The notes under the pieces: model-generated
Database searches by the model: none
Told to the model about the DNA's origin: nothing
What the model saw: only the letters and a program-made list of their open reading frames with translations
DNA from: Octopus vulgaris
Taxonomy: Eukaryota
Direction of reading: 5' to 3'
Length of the DNA stretch: 64,000 nt
NCBI GenBank assembly: GCA_951406725.2
Contig: OX597827.1
Span: 34,844,001 to 34,908,000 of the forward strand
Translations under genes and position numbers: made by a program
Shown here: positions 26,527 to 39,258 of the stretch, piece by piece
How positions within the stretch are numbered: position 1 is the stretch's first letter
Layout of the letters: the number at the start of each line of letters is the position of its first letter

Positions 26527-26745
26527 ATGTTTGTGTCTGTGTTTGTCTCCCCAACATCACTTGACAACCAATGCTGGAGTATTTACATCCCTGTAACTTA
26601 GCAGTTCGGCAAAAGAGACTGATAGAATAAGTACTAGGCTTACAAAGAATATGTTCTGGGATCGATTTGCTTGACTAAAGGCAGTGCTCCAGCATGGCCG
26701 CAGTCAAATGACAGAAACAAAAAAAAAAGAAAAAAAAAAAGAAAG
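26328..26745 (+). mobile_element. SINE family 1, near full length
   Basis: Highly similar to 769-1156. Confidence 0.85.
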
Positions 26746-26799
26746 AATACCATCCTTCAGAACCATCACCTGTGACCTATCAGGTTTCATCACCCATGC

Positions 26800-27280
26800 A
26801 TCTTTTTAGACTCTTCCTTTCTTCAGCAGCCTGCATCAACATCTTCAATCTATAATTCTCCAAGCAAAAGAATACAAGCTGCCTTTGTGAATCGTGTTTC
26901 TTGACAATGAAAACCCTTCAATAGTATCAAGACAAATGCCAAAAACTGTTCAAGGATGTGAAGTCTGGATACACCACCAATGTAGCTCTGCTTTTGTCAC
27001 TTGTAAGAGCACCAATTCAGAAAGCTGTCAAACAAGGATGTAGTCTCTCCAAAGCTCTTCACCGTGTTTCTAGAAATAGTTATTAGAGGCATTAAGAGCA
27101 CAAGTGGTGTGAATGCCAACAGTGTACTACTAACACATCTCTGATGCTCAGATAACACTGTACTCATCGTCCAAACCACAGATCAAGTACAGAAAAGCTA
27201 ACAGAGCTGAACAGCCACAGCTCAGTAATAGGTTATAAAATGAACTACATGAAAACAAAATACATGTGGCCCAAGACTAT
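26800..27280 (+). mobile_element. Decayed RTE-like RT fragment
   Basis: VKQGCSL(SP)KLFTVFLE motif across a frameshift at ~27025-27075. Confidence 0.5.
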
Positions 27281-27402
27281 ACTATAAATTGCTCTCACAA
27301 ATACTAAAACAAAATTTGGGATTTATGGAGGGTCAAAGTTAGGAACAAAAACAGGATAATACATAAAGATATATGTATATATATACATACAGACAAAAGT
27401 AT

Positions 27403-27454
<52 letters not shown>

Positions 27455-27790
27455 CATATATATATATACATACAGACAAAAGTATATACATATATATATA
27501 TACATACATATATATATATACTTACAGACAAAAGTATATACATATATATATATATATACTTAGATGCATAATTCAAATTTACAGAAAAACAAAAGACGAA
27601 GGGCTTCGCTTGCACCTCACCACGCACTGAAAAAATAGGCTGACCACCTGGTAAAAATCATTAATGATTTTTACCCTTTATTATTATGTACATATATATA
27701 CATACACAAACACACATACATACACATATATATATATATACACACAGACACACATATACACTATTTATATATATATATATATATATATAT

Positions 27791-29049
27791 GGGGTTGGAT
27801 AAAATAATGGAAACACCTTAAAATTTCAAGCAAATTATTTTAATATGGGGTAGGACCACCTTTGGTAGTAATTACAGTCTGAATTCTATGAGTTATGGAC
27901 TCGTACAAAGTATGAATTGTTTCCAATGGAAATTTTGTCCGCTCTTCAGCTATAACAGTCTCCGGTTCTTGTAGTGATGAAGGTGGAGGATATAAACTCC
28001 TTACTTGTTTTTCTAAAATGCACCATAAATGTTCAATAATATTGAGATCTGGGGACTGTGGTGGACAGATAAGATGTTAAACCTCACTAGAATGTTCTTT
28101 GTGCCATTTAGTAACAACTTTTGCTGTGTGAATTGGTGCATTATCATCCTGAAAGATTGTGTTTCCCTCCAGAAACAGTTCTGCAACCACAGGATGAATT
28201 TGATCAGATAAAATGCTTAGTCTTGACTATTATTTCTGCCATGAAGGAAAACTATTGGGCCAGCAGATTTCCAAGATATAGCCCCCCACCAGATCATCAC
28301 AGATCCTCTTCCATGTTTAACAGTTGGAAGAAAGCAGTCTGGGTCAAATACTTCTTTTGGCTGTCTCCACATGTATACTTGGCTGGTGGTCAGAAATAAG
28401 GTAAAGAATTACTCGTCTGAGAAAATAACATTCTTCCACCGCTCTAGGGACCAATTCTCTAGGCTTTTACTCCACTCTAAATGCTTTGCAATGTTTGTTT
28501 TTGAAAGTAGTGGTTTTCTGATTGCAACCCTCCCATGAAATCTGGCTTTGTGCAGCTCCCAGTGAACAATTTTTGTGGAAACTGGGTTCTCGAGGTGGCC
28601 ATTAAGCTCTGCAGAAATTGTGGGAGGTGTACTTTTGTGATCCTTTCTAACAATTTGTGAAAAAGTCCAATGGTCCCTATCTGAAAGTATTGGTTTTCTT
28701 CTGGATTTTTGTTTCAACAAAGAGGTTTTTCTGTGTTTCTCAAAGGCTGTTATTACTTTTGAGACAGCATTTCTTGATACACCAAACATTTTGGCTGTTT
28801 AGGTTATGCTAGCGCCTACCATATGAGTGCCAGCAATTTGACCTCTTTGAAAGCCCAATAGATCTGTCATTTTAATGAATTTTAATTACCTTTTTCTGAT
28901 GATATCTGAAAAGAAACAGCAATTTTAGCAAAACATATTAAGCAACACTAATAATAAATCAAAACACAAAAATAAACAAGCTTTTGATGGTTTTATAGAT
29001 ATTTCAAAATTATGATGCTAGGGCTTTCCATTATTTTGTCCAACCCCTG
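27791..29049 (-). mobile_element. Tc1-family DNA transposon with pseudogenised transposase
   Basis: TIRs GGGGTTGGATAAAATAATGGAAA / TTTCCATTATTTTGTCCAACCCCTG in TA tracts; transposase FQRGQI..GVSRNAVSKV..RKPLLS..WKNVIFSDE with stops. Confidence 0.9.
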
Positions 29050-29339
29050 TGTATACATATATATATTTGAAATATGTATCTTGTAGTCAAGGCAATGTGT
29101 GAATTACTTAACATTAAGTGTTCACTGATGACTGTTGTCGATATATATTTATTGAACATTGACAACTGAACAAAAGTATAATAATGCCTCAATTATATAT
29201 GAGAATAACTAACAGCTTGCACACATTAAACAAACATAACAGCAAGGTCTGCGTTTAAAATATTCCAGTAACATTGTTGTGACGTGCAATAGGCATTTCG
29301 TGACAAGTGGCATACACATACATAAATATACATATACAC

Positions 29340-29388
<49 letters not shown>

Positions 29389-29429
29389 CACATATAGAGA
29401 TACATACATATATATATATTTATATATAT

Positions 29430-29645
29430 TCACTCAGCTGTAGAAATGAGTTGCGACGTCACTGGTGCCAAGCTGTATCGACCTTTGTCTTTCCCTTGGA
29501 TAACACTGGTGGCGTGGAGAGGGGAGGCTGGTATGCATGGGCGACTGCTGGTCTTCCATAAACAACCTCGCCCGGACTTGTGTCTAGGAGGGTAACTTTC
29601 TAGGTGCAATCCCATGGTCTGTGTCGTGACCGAAGGGGGTCTCCG
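29430..29645 (+). mobile_element. 3' fragment of a SINE/LINE-like repeat inside a TA tract
   Basis: GC-rich block beginning CACTCAGCTGTAGAAATGAGT, bounded by (TA)n. Confidence 0.4.
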
Positions 29646-29654
29646 ATATATATA

Positions 29655-31125
29655 CAGGGGAAGAATTCACAAAAAAAAACCCAAAAGACGAAGACTGGTG
29701 GTGTAGACAACAAACAGATGTATTTGTTTAATGCTTGGGAAGTGAAAGTCTTTAACGTTTGAGCCTATGCTCTTCCACAGAAAGAAACAAGGAAAGAAAA
29801 TAAAGAATGTGTAGGGTCTAGTGATCTATCGTGGTGAATGCCAGACAGAGGGTCACACAGGAGAGCTAAGAAGGGGAGATAATAAAGAAGTGTTGATCCC
29901 AAAATGAAGGTGTGTGTGCATGTACAAGAGAGCATGTATGTGTGTTTGGAGGAGGGCTGGTGACCTTTACATGTGTGTGTATGTGTAGGGCTGGGAAGTA
30001 GTCAGTGCTAGTGTGTGTGTGGTGGTGTGTGGTATGGTGTGGTGGTGTTGGGATGTGGGGGAGGTGAGTGGGGAAAGCAAGGGTGGGTGTGGGGTATGTA
30101 GGAGTGAGTGTAAAGGATGGGGTGGGATGGGATGGATAGGGAAGGTGGGGTTGGATTATGTAGGGGTGGGTTACAAGGGAGGGTGACGATGAAGGGAGAG
30201 GGGGAAAGTGGGTAGGAGTGAAGAGGAGAGTAGGAGTGAAGAGAAGTAGGAGTCAGAGCAAGAGAGAGGTGGGTGGGAGGAAGTAGATGTGAGAGGGAGA
30301 GAGGAGAAGGGAGGAGTGTTGAGCCCATGTAGCATAAAGGAGCGAAGAAAGAAGATTAATCCCTGTTCACGGCAAAAACAGGAGTCTGGATGGCCCCTGT
30401 GCAAGGACAATCTGAATACAGACAGGTGTTGAAAAGAATGACTGGTAGAATGGAAATGGCGTGAGATTGGGGTGTCATTGCTGAGTTGGATGCCTCAGAG
30501 GTGTACTGCAAACCGCTCAGCCAAGCGGCATACCGTTTACCTGATGTATAGAGAAGGGCAGAGAGAGAGCAGGAGATGCAGTAGCTGACATTTGTAGAAG
30601 TACAGGTGAAGGAGTTGGTGATATGATAGGGTTGATGATGGGTACCAGAGTGGAGGGTGGTATTGAAGAGGTAAAGGCAAGTGTGACAGCATGTGTGGGA
30701 GCAGGGGAACAAGCCAGGTTGGGAGGTTGGGTTAGGGAAGAAGCTGTGGACCAAGAGGTCTCGTAGGTTGTGGGCTCGTTTGAAGGAGGGGAGGGGTCGG
30801 TTAGGGAAGATGTGCAAAGTGGAGGGGTCGGACTGGAGTCGCAGGAAGGCTCGGAGAATGGTGTGTTGGAGAGGTAGGGTGGTAGGTGAGGGGAAATGGG
30901 AGATGGAAGGGCGGGTGCAGGGGAGAAAGTAGATGCACGGTCCACAGAACGTGCTCTAGAACGGTGTGGATAGTGGTGAGGGAATATCCATGTAGGATGA
31001 AGTGGTGAGCCATGAGTTGAGATTGAGTCTCAAAGTCATGGTCATCACTGCAGAGCCTGCGTAGACGGAGGAATTGGGAATAGGAGTGGAAAGCATGGTG
31101 TGTTTAGGGTGGAAGGAGGAGACAT
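29655..31125 (-). mobile_element. Penelope-like element fragment (RT C-terminus, GIY-YIG endonuclease, 3' pseudo-LTR)
   Basis: SFHPKH, KRAHNLRDLLVHS, PCSHTCCHTC, FTCTSTNVSYCISC motifs in broken frames. Confidence 0.8.
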
Positions 31126-32299
31126 ATTTATACATATATATATATATATATATACACATATATATATATATATACATACATAACCTTCTGTTTTTTCCGT
31201 CCTTGTTTTTGTATACATTCGCTGCTTTCTTCCAAGGAATCTAATGCTCTTAGCTTAGTTTTTCCTTGGGGCTGGCCAGATTGGAGCAATCTCGAGTATA
31301 ACCAGCTGAAATTGCAAAGATAATCTGGAAATGGACTGAGGAAAGAAAACTCCAAATGACCCGCCCTTGTTTTCTTTGCATCGTCTATCTAGATATTTTG
31401 TTGTCCCTTTCTTGTATCATCTGTCTGGATGTTTTGCATTCTTGTCCCATTTTGTATTTATATATATATATATATATATATATGCATATATATATATATA
31501 TATATACACACTTACATATATACACATATATATATGTACACATATATATGCACACATATATATATATATATACATACATATATGCACACACACATATATA
31601 TATACATACATATATATATACATACACACACATATATATACATTTACATATACGTGTATATATATTTACACATACGTGTATATATATATATCGTAGTCAA
31701 GGCAATGCGTGAATTAACTGAATATTAAGTGTTCACTGATGACTGTTGTCAATATATATTTATCGAACACTGATAAGAAGACATGTATAAAAGTTATATT
31801 GCCTCACTTATTATAAGAGAATCACCAACAGCTTGCACACAATTAAATAAACAAACATAATAGCCAAGTTTGAGTCTAAAATAGTTTAGTAACAATGTCA
31901 TGGCGTGCGACAGGGTATTTCGCGACGGGTTAACGTTGGCGCGCACCTGCTCAACTCAGCCCAGCTGTTTTGATGGTGCGAGACAGCTGTTTTTGTTTGC
32001 ATACACAAATGTAATAGTTCCCAATACAATGTATTCAGAGAGAGAGGGAAAAAAAGTCTAACTTCCTCGAAGAGATTATCTTGTAAAAGGAAGAAAGTTT
32101 TGTAGGAAAATAAATAGGAAAAAAAAAAAAAAGCGAAATTTGTACAATATCATTTGATCTTGCACTCGGATGACTAGTTCTTTCTCTTTCTGTACACACA
32201 ATGTATCGATGAGAGGGAGAGAGAGAGAGAGAGAGAAAATCGCAGAAAATCATGCATATATGTATAGACGCATAAAATATTTACAGTGAGTTTGAGTTT

Positions 32300-33550
32300 A
32301 CAACCGGATGTAATTATAACGCTGAATGTGTTTTTAAATATTGATTTCTTACGTAGGTAGATGTAGCAGTAAGGTAAGGGAGAATATTTAAAATGTTAAT
32401 GCCAATTTATTATTTTTATTTAAGATTTAGCCGTGTAATTGAGGTATTTATAACAAAGAAGTGAAACCAGAGTCACGAACGAGACTAACCGGGTCTATTA
32501 TGTCAGTTAAGTCTAACTATTACTAACAATTCTTTCCACTTCGGCAACACGTAGATATATTTTTATAAGTCAAAATTTTTGTATTATTATAATAGAATAT
32601 CTACTTAAATACATAGACGATTTTAACGTACACCATATTTTTTAGAGGGAAAAGTTGTAGAAGGCAGTCAAAACATTTTTGCAGAGTAACTGATGACCGG
32701 TGTGCTTTTCAAATTACCAAAATACAGGCTAAACGTACTGTTTGACGGTTGAGGATTCAGCATTATCAATATAATGCCGTTCAATATAAAGCAATAATAA
32801 AGAATTTACTAATCACCATAAGGACCATATATAACAAAAAATCGTACTTCGATCTTTAATATTATTTATCAAATGAACGTAAAATAAATAACGGCGAGGT
32901 ATGGTTAGCCGGTATTTAGTAAAGAGAATTCTAGCTATATGAACTATGCGCAGAAGTTTTACTTATTATTATTGCTAACTATCTTTCGTTTTTGGTGTTA
33001 CAATGTAAAAGAAAAAATTAAGTTGAATCTTAAAAATATATCCAAGTATTTCGGTTCAAAAGACGGTTTTTGTTTCTCTACATGTTTTCTGCATTCTGTA
33101 ACTACCAAATAGTGTCCTTTACAGACTGACAGGCAGAAATGGTTGAAACTTTCGCTTATACCTACATACATACATACACATTGTTGTGAGGAATATATAT
33201 CTATATTTCTCACAATCATAAATCTTTGTTGCTCTCCAAATTTTTTTTTTAAATGCCCAAGCTATTTTAAGGTTATTTATAAAAAAATCATTTGGTAAAA
33301 ATAAAATAAAAAAATTAAAATGTTTTTTTTTATATACAAATTTCTAATAAAATAAAATTGAAGTTTAAATTTTTTACCTTCTGATACGTTTCCCGCAATT
33401 AAAAAAGAGACGTTAGGGCTCCTAACAAAGGAGACGGTGTAACCGGTGCAAATTTTCTACAGTTAAAAAAAAATCGCTTATTGTATTATTACCGCAATAT
33501 ACTTCAAAAACAAAAGTACTAACTAACGAAGGTGGTTGCTCTTTTACCCT
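32300..33550 (-). promoter_or_regulatory. Candidate promoter / first-exon region of ZNF2
   Basis: Repeat-poor and CpG-retaining; minus-strand donor-like sites at ~32352 (GTAAG) and ~33377 (GTAAA); ETS-like CCGGATGT at ~32304. Confidence 0.3.
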
Positions 33551-34534
33551 GGAGTCTGCTCCAATTAATCAAACCCATAATCAAAGGTATTCCAATCGTG
33601 ACCGTCAAGTCACTTTTTTTAAAATTCAAACAGTGCACTCTTATAAAAAAAAATGTAGTAAGACGTTAGTGGTATTTGAGGGAGTGTTGACTGTTATTTC
33701 TAGGAGATCGTACGGTGTTCCTCTGTGGTCTTAGTCTTATTTTATAATTCTTTTCTTTTCTAGAATGCTTTGTATCAGAGTATTCAATCGTTTCTGTGTA
33801 CTTGACTGTTTTGTAGACCCCCAACTCCCGCTGAAGGGCGAACGACAAAGATGACTTTAGTCGCGGAATTTGAACGCAGAACGCAAAGGACCATTTTACA
33901 GACATTTTGTTTGACACTAACACTAGCGATTCTGTCAATCCACTGCGCGGCCAGCTAGAAATAGCAGCCCAAATCTTTCTTAATTCACTTTTGTCTTTAA
34001 TACAAAAAATAAATAGATATATAAATAAATAAAAGACATTTAGTCAGCAATGTCAAATCTCACTCAATTCACACTCTCACAAATCTTGGGTTTTCGAGAC
34101 TCGTGAGAGGAAAGGAGGGAATAAATATTCTCTAGCTGGAGGTTTGGCTCGAATGTAATGTATACCAATAGAAATATGGTATCAAACGGGTTTCTAGGAT
34201 TACATTGTTAAACATTACAATTGTTCTTAAACTGATTCTGCTAAAAGCTTCCAATATACCGAATGAGGGTGTTAAACTAGGAGTCAGTTTAAGTTTACCA
34301 TCCAAGTAGGCAGAATTTGAACTCAGGACGGAAAGAACTGGAAAAATTATTGCAAAACATTTCATCCAATGTTCTTAGAGTTCTACCAATCCACATCCCA
34401 CGATTAGTTCTTTTTAAACGTTACTGAAGAATAAGAAATAAAGTTGACCTTGGTGGGGTATCCCGTTTGTAGCTACAGATCCTATGTGCTCATCATAAGT
34501 ACGGCCACATGAATAATTGTCGTATGATATGAAA

Positions 34535-34860
34535 TCTATATAAAAATCAGAATGTGTGTGTGTTTTTGCCTGTATGTGTGCATCAATAAAACTCGAGAAT
34601 TACCCAACTGATTTCATTCAAATTTTACACATGCCCTACTTAGGGTCCATGCAGTGCCATGGGCCTAAAAAAATGTTCAGTTTCTTGCCTAATGCTAGCC
34701 CGGAGCAATCTCTTTTCTCTTTCAGTATTACATGTCAAAAGTGAAAAAATAACATCTCCATTGTAATGCGAGATAGTACTTTCATTTTTACTGGTGAAAC
34801 TATTAATATTTTCACTTTGTATATATATACTGATTTCATTTCTATTACCTTCACGATGCA
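34535..34860 (+). mobile_element. Non-autonomous Helitron-like 5' fragment
   Basis: TCTATATAAAAATC then TGTGTG and TGATTTCATTCAAATTT, like the Helitron 5' ends at 54-55 kb. Confidence 0.45.
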
Positions 34861-34874
34861 TGTATGTGTGTTAA

Positions 34875-34920
<46 letters not shown>

Positions 34921-35145
34921 GTATATGTATATTTCTGTGTATATATGTGTGTGTATATATGTATATGTATGTATATATATGTATACATATGCATATAGGT
35001 GTATATATATGTATGTATATATGTGTATATATCTTTGTGTATATATGTGTGTGTATATATATATATCTATATATAAATGTATATGTGTGTGTATGTATAT
35101 GCATATATATCTATATATGTGTGTGTATATGTATATATAGATAGA

Positions 35146-35198
<53 letters not shown>

Positions 35199-35222
35199 AT
35201 TGACTGTTTTGTGTGTGTGGCC

Positions 35223-37140
35223 TTAGAGTGTGCATATGCAGTTTGGGTTCGTGCCAGGGAAAAGCACCACTGATGCTATATTTCTGGTAAGATAGCTGCA
35301 GGAGAAATACCTAGCCAAAGATAAACCTCTGTACCTGGCTTTTGTTGACATGGAGAAAGCCTTTGACAGCCCCCCCCCCCGATCTCTTATCTGGTGGTTA
35401 ATGAGGAAACTAGGGATAAATGAATGGTTAGTGACAGCTGTGAAAGCCATGTACAGGGTCGCTGTCAGTAAGGTGAGAGTTGGCAATGACTACAGTGAAG
35501 AATTCTGGGTAGAGGTAGGGGTCCACCAAGGTTCAGTCCTCAGCCTCCTCCTATTTATCCTAGTCCTCCAGGCAATAACAGAGAAATTCAAGACAGCTCC
35601 TCTATGCTGATGGCCTTGCTCTAGTTGCTGAGTCACTATCAGAACTAGAGGAGATGTTTCAGGTGTGGAAGCAAGGATTAGAATCAAAGGGCCTTAGAGT
35701 CAATCTAGCTAAAACCAAAGTCCTAATAAGTAGGAAGGCAGACAAACCACAGGTCCCTTCAGGTAGATGGTCTTGCTCGATCTGTAGAAAAGGTGTAGGT
35801 AGAAACTCTATAAGATGTACCCAGTATAAGCTATGAACTCATAAGAGGTGCAGCGATATCAAATGAAGGCTAACTGGGAAGATAGTTTTTATATGTGGCA
35901 GATGCTCAGGAGCAATAAACACTGAAAATGTGCAGAGAACAACTTCTGCCACATTCCAGGGTGAAAAACTAGAAGCAGTTGATAGCTTCCATTACCTAGG
36001 TGACCAAGTCAGTAGGGAGGTGGGGTGGGGGTGCACTGAAAGTGTAGCTACGAGAATAAAAATAACCTGGGCAAAGTTCAGAGAGCTCTTACCTCTGCTG
36101 GTGACAAAGGGACTCTCACACAGAGTAAAAGGTAGACTGTATGATGCATGTGTACGAACTGTCATGCTACATGGCAGTGAAAAATGGGCTGTGACTGCTG
36201 AGGACAGGTGTAAGCTTGCAAGGAATGAAGCCTGTATGCTCCAATGGATGTGTAATGTCAGTGTGCATACTCTACAGAGTGTAAGTACCCTGAGAGAAAA
36301 GTTGGACCTTAGAAGCATCAGTTATGGTGTGCAAGAGAGGCGACTGTGCTGGTATTGTCATGTGGTGAGAATGGATGAGGATAGCAGTGTGCAAAAGTTC
36401 CACACTCTAGCGGTTGAGGGAACCTGTGGAAGAGGTAGACCCAGGAAGACCTGGGATGAGGTTGTAAAGCACAACCTTCAAACATTAGGCCTCAGGGAGG
36501 CAACGACTAGTGACCAAGACCTTTGGAAATATGCCGTGCTTGAGAAGACCCTGCAAGCTAAGTGAAACCATAACCCATGACCTATGCCAGTGGTGTAACC
36601 AGCCCACTTATGTGTACCTTTCCTTCATTGGACACTAAACTCTGCTTGTGAAGACCTGTTGAGGGAAGTGGAATTGAAATCAAAATCAAATTCAATGACT
36701 GGCATCTATGCCAGTGGAGTGCTAAGAGAACCATCCGAGCATGATCGTTGCCAGAGCAGCTGACTGTCACGCAAAAAGCACCATTTGTGTGTGATCGTTA
36801 CCAGTGTCACCTTACTGGCACTTGTGCCGGTGGCATGTGAAAAGGCATTCAAGCAAGGTCGTTGCCAGTGCTGCTGGACTGGCTCCTGTGCAGGTGGCAC
36901 ATAAAAAAAACACCATTTGAGTGAGGCCCTTGCCAGTACCGCCTGACTGGCCCTCGTACCAGTGGCATGTAAAAGCACCCACTATACTCTCAGAGTGGTT
37001 GGCGTTAGGAAGGGCATCCAACTGTAGAAACTCTGCCAGATCAGATCGGAGCCTGGTGCAGCCATCTGGTTCACACGTCCTTAGTCAAATCGTCCAACCT
37101 ATGCTAGCATGGAAAGTGGACGTTAAACAATGATGATGAT
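35223..37140 (+). mobile_element. RTE-clade LINE, older decayed copy of the 11980-14999 family
   Basis: Colinear RT fragments with stops and frameshifts, 3' UTR repeats, (TGA)n tail. Confidence 0.9.
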
Positions 37141-38134
37141 AGTGATGATATATATATATAAATATATATATAGGGATATTGGATATATGTATGGAAAAGT
37201 GGATGGTAAATGAAGGGAATAACAATGATGGTTGGTAGAATAAGTAAAGTTTCGGAAAAAAATGCCTTGTGGTACTTAGTTACAGCTTTCTATGTTCTGA
37301 ATTCAAATCCCATCAAGGTCAGCTTTGCTTTTCTTCCTTCTGGGATCTATAAAATAAAGTACTAGTATTGTACTGGGATAGATATTCGGCTATAACTTTT
37401 TCCCAGATTTGAAGCCTTGTTATTTTGTTAGAAATCAATATTTAAAAATAAATGTACTTGCATAATGTGTTGGTGTATCTCAAATAACATGCTTACACTG
37501 GCTATTCAGTACAGTTTCATGTGGTTTACTACATTGTGACAAAATAACTTAACAAAATGACAAGACAGAAAAATAACAGACAACAGATGTCTTGTAGCCG
37601 TTAGCTTTAAACCTAAACACTATAGATAGATAGACTAACAGACAGAGTGAGTGAGAGAGAGAGAGAAATAGGTGAGCAGGTAGGTACATGAATAAATGGA
37701 GAAATAGACAGATAACTAGAGAGATAGATTAATGGATAGATAGACTGAGAGATAGTAAGAGAGATAGATACATAGAATAAATATTAAGATAGATAGACAA
37801 TAAAATAGTATGATAGATAGATAGATAGCAATATTAACAACAAACTAGTTGTAAGTACACTGTGTGCATGACTGCTTTGTTAAGCACATCTTATAATAAT
37901 AATGATAATAATAATAATTCCTAATTTTGGAACTAGGCCAGTAATTTTGAGAAGAGGCAGTTACATTGGCTCCAGTATTTGACTGGTAATTATTTTATCA
38001 ACCTAAAGAGATAAAGTTGATTTTGACAGAATTTGAACCCAGAACGTAAGGCCAAAAGGAATGCTGTTAAGTCCAGCATACTAATGATTCTGCCAGCTTA
38101 GTGCCTTAATAATAATCATAATAATAATAATTAA

Positions 38135-39258
38135 AAAAATGAAATAAGAGAACTAGACCAAACTCAGACATACAAATACTTAGGAATCAATGAACTAGAT
38201 ATGGTAAAACACACAAATGAAAGAGAAGCTAAGGAAGGAATATTAGATTAGTTCTTAAAATAGAGATGAATACAAAAAAAAAAAAGATAATAGGTATCAC
38301 TACTCTATCTATTCCAGTTACAAGTTACAGTTACAATATTCTTAATTGGATACTAAGTGAACTAGCCAAACAAGACACGAAAACAAGAAAAATAACAGAA
38401 TTTAGAATATACCACCCAAAATCTGACATGGAAAGGTTGTATTTATAACAAATTGAAGATGGTAGAGGCCTTATACAATTAGAAAATAATTCTAAAATAT
38501 CCATCATAAGACTACAGAAATATCTGCGTCAGAACTGGGGAAAACTGGTACAAATAACTACAAAATATGAACCAAACAAAAAACTGTTTTTAGTCTTCAA
38601 GAAAGCCAAACAATACAAGAAAGGTCATAATATCTGACATCTATGAAGTAAAAGAAGAAACAACAGACTTTGTAAAGTAACTAAAAACTAAGCTAAAACT
38701 GGAACTAATAAATATGATGAAATGATGACAAAAAAAGCCCTTATATGGCAAATTCTAGGATAAGCTAAACAGAAAAGAAATAGACAAAGTAAAATCCCTG
38801 CAGTGATTGAGAATCTTGGGATTGAAAGCAAAGACTAAAGGGTTTTTAATTGCAATACAAGATCAAGCCCCCTCCCCCACCAACAAAAACATACTGAAGA
38901 AAAATACATTAAATAACTACAGAAAATATGGTGATAGGGAAGAAATAATAAAGCATATTGTCTCTGGCTGCCCAGTCTTGGCTAAGAAGAATATATCTAC
39001 AGACATGACAGAGTTGGGACATATATGCACTATGGGATGACAAGCAGAAAAATGGTATTAGCTTATCTCAGGAAAGGTCTCAGAGAATGACAAAGTAAGC
39101 ATACTTTGGGATATGCCAATATACATAAATAGAGTGATCAAGGCTACTATGTTAGATATTGTTGTCAGAGGCCCCCCCCCCAAAAAAAAGCATGCCTTCT
39201 AATTGGAATATCAGTCCCAAGAAATGATAATGTAGCTCTAAAAGAAACAGAAACTCTC
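38135..39258 (+). mobile_element. R4/Dong-clade non-LTR retrotransposon fragment
   Basis: YKYLGI, YHPKSDMERLY, GRGL, AIQDQ, HIVSGCPVLA, ILWD..DIVV motifs; follows (AAT)n. Confidence 0.75.

Noticed and set aside
27304-35235. Many YI/HT/CV-rich ORFs (27304-27630, 31356-31728, 34735-35235)
   Set aside because: Stop-free translations of (TA)/(CA) microsatellites
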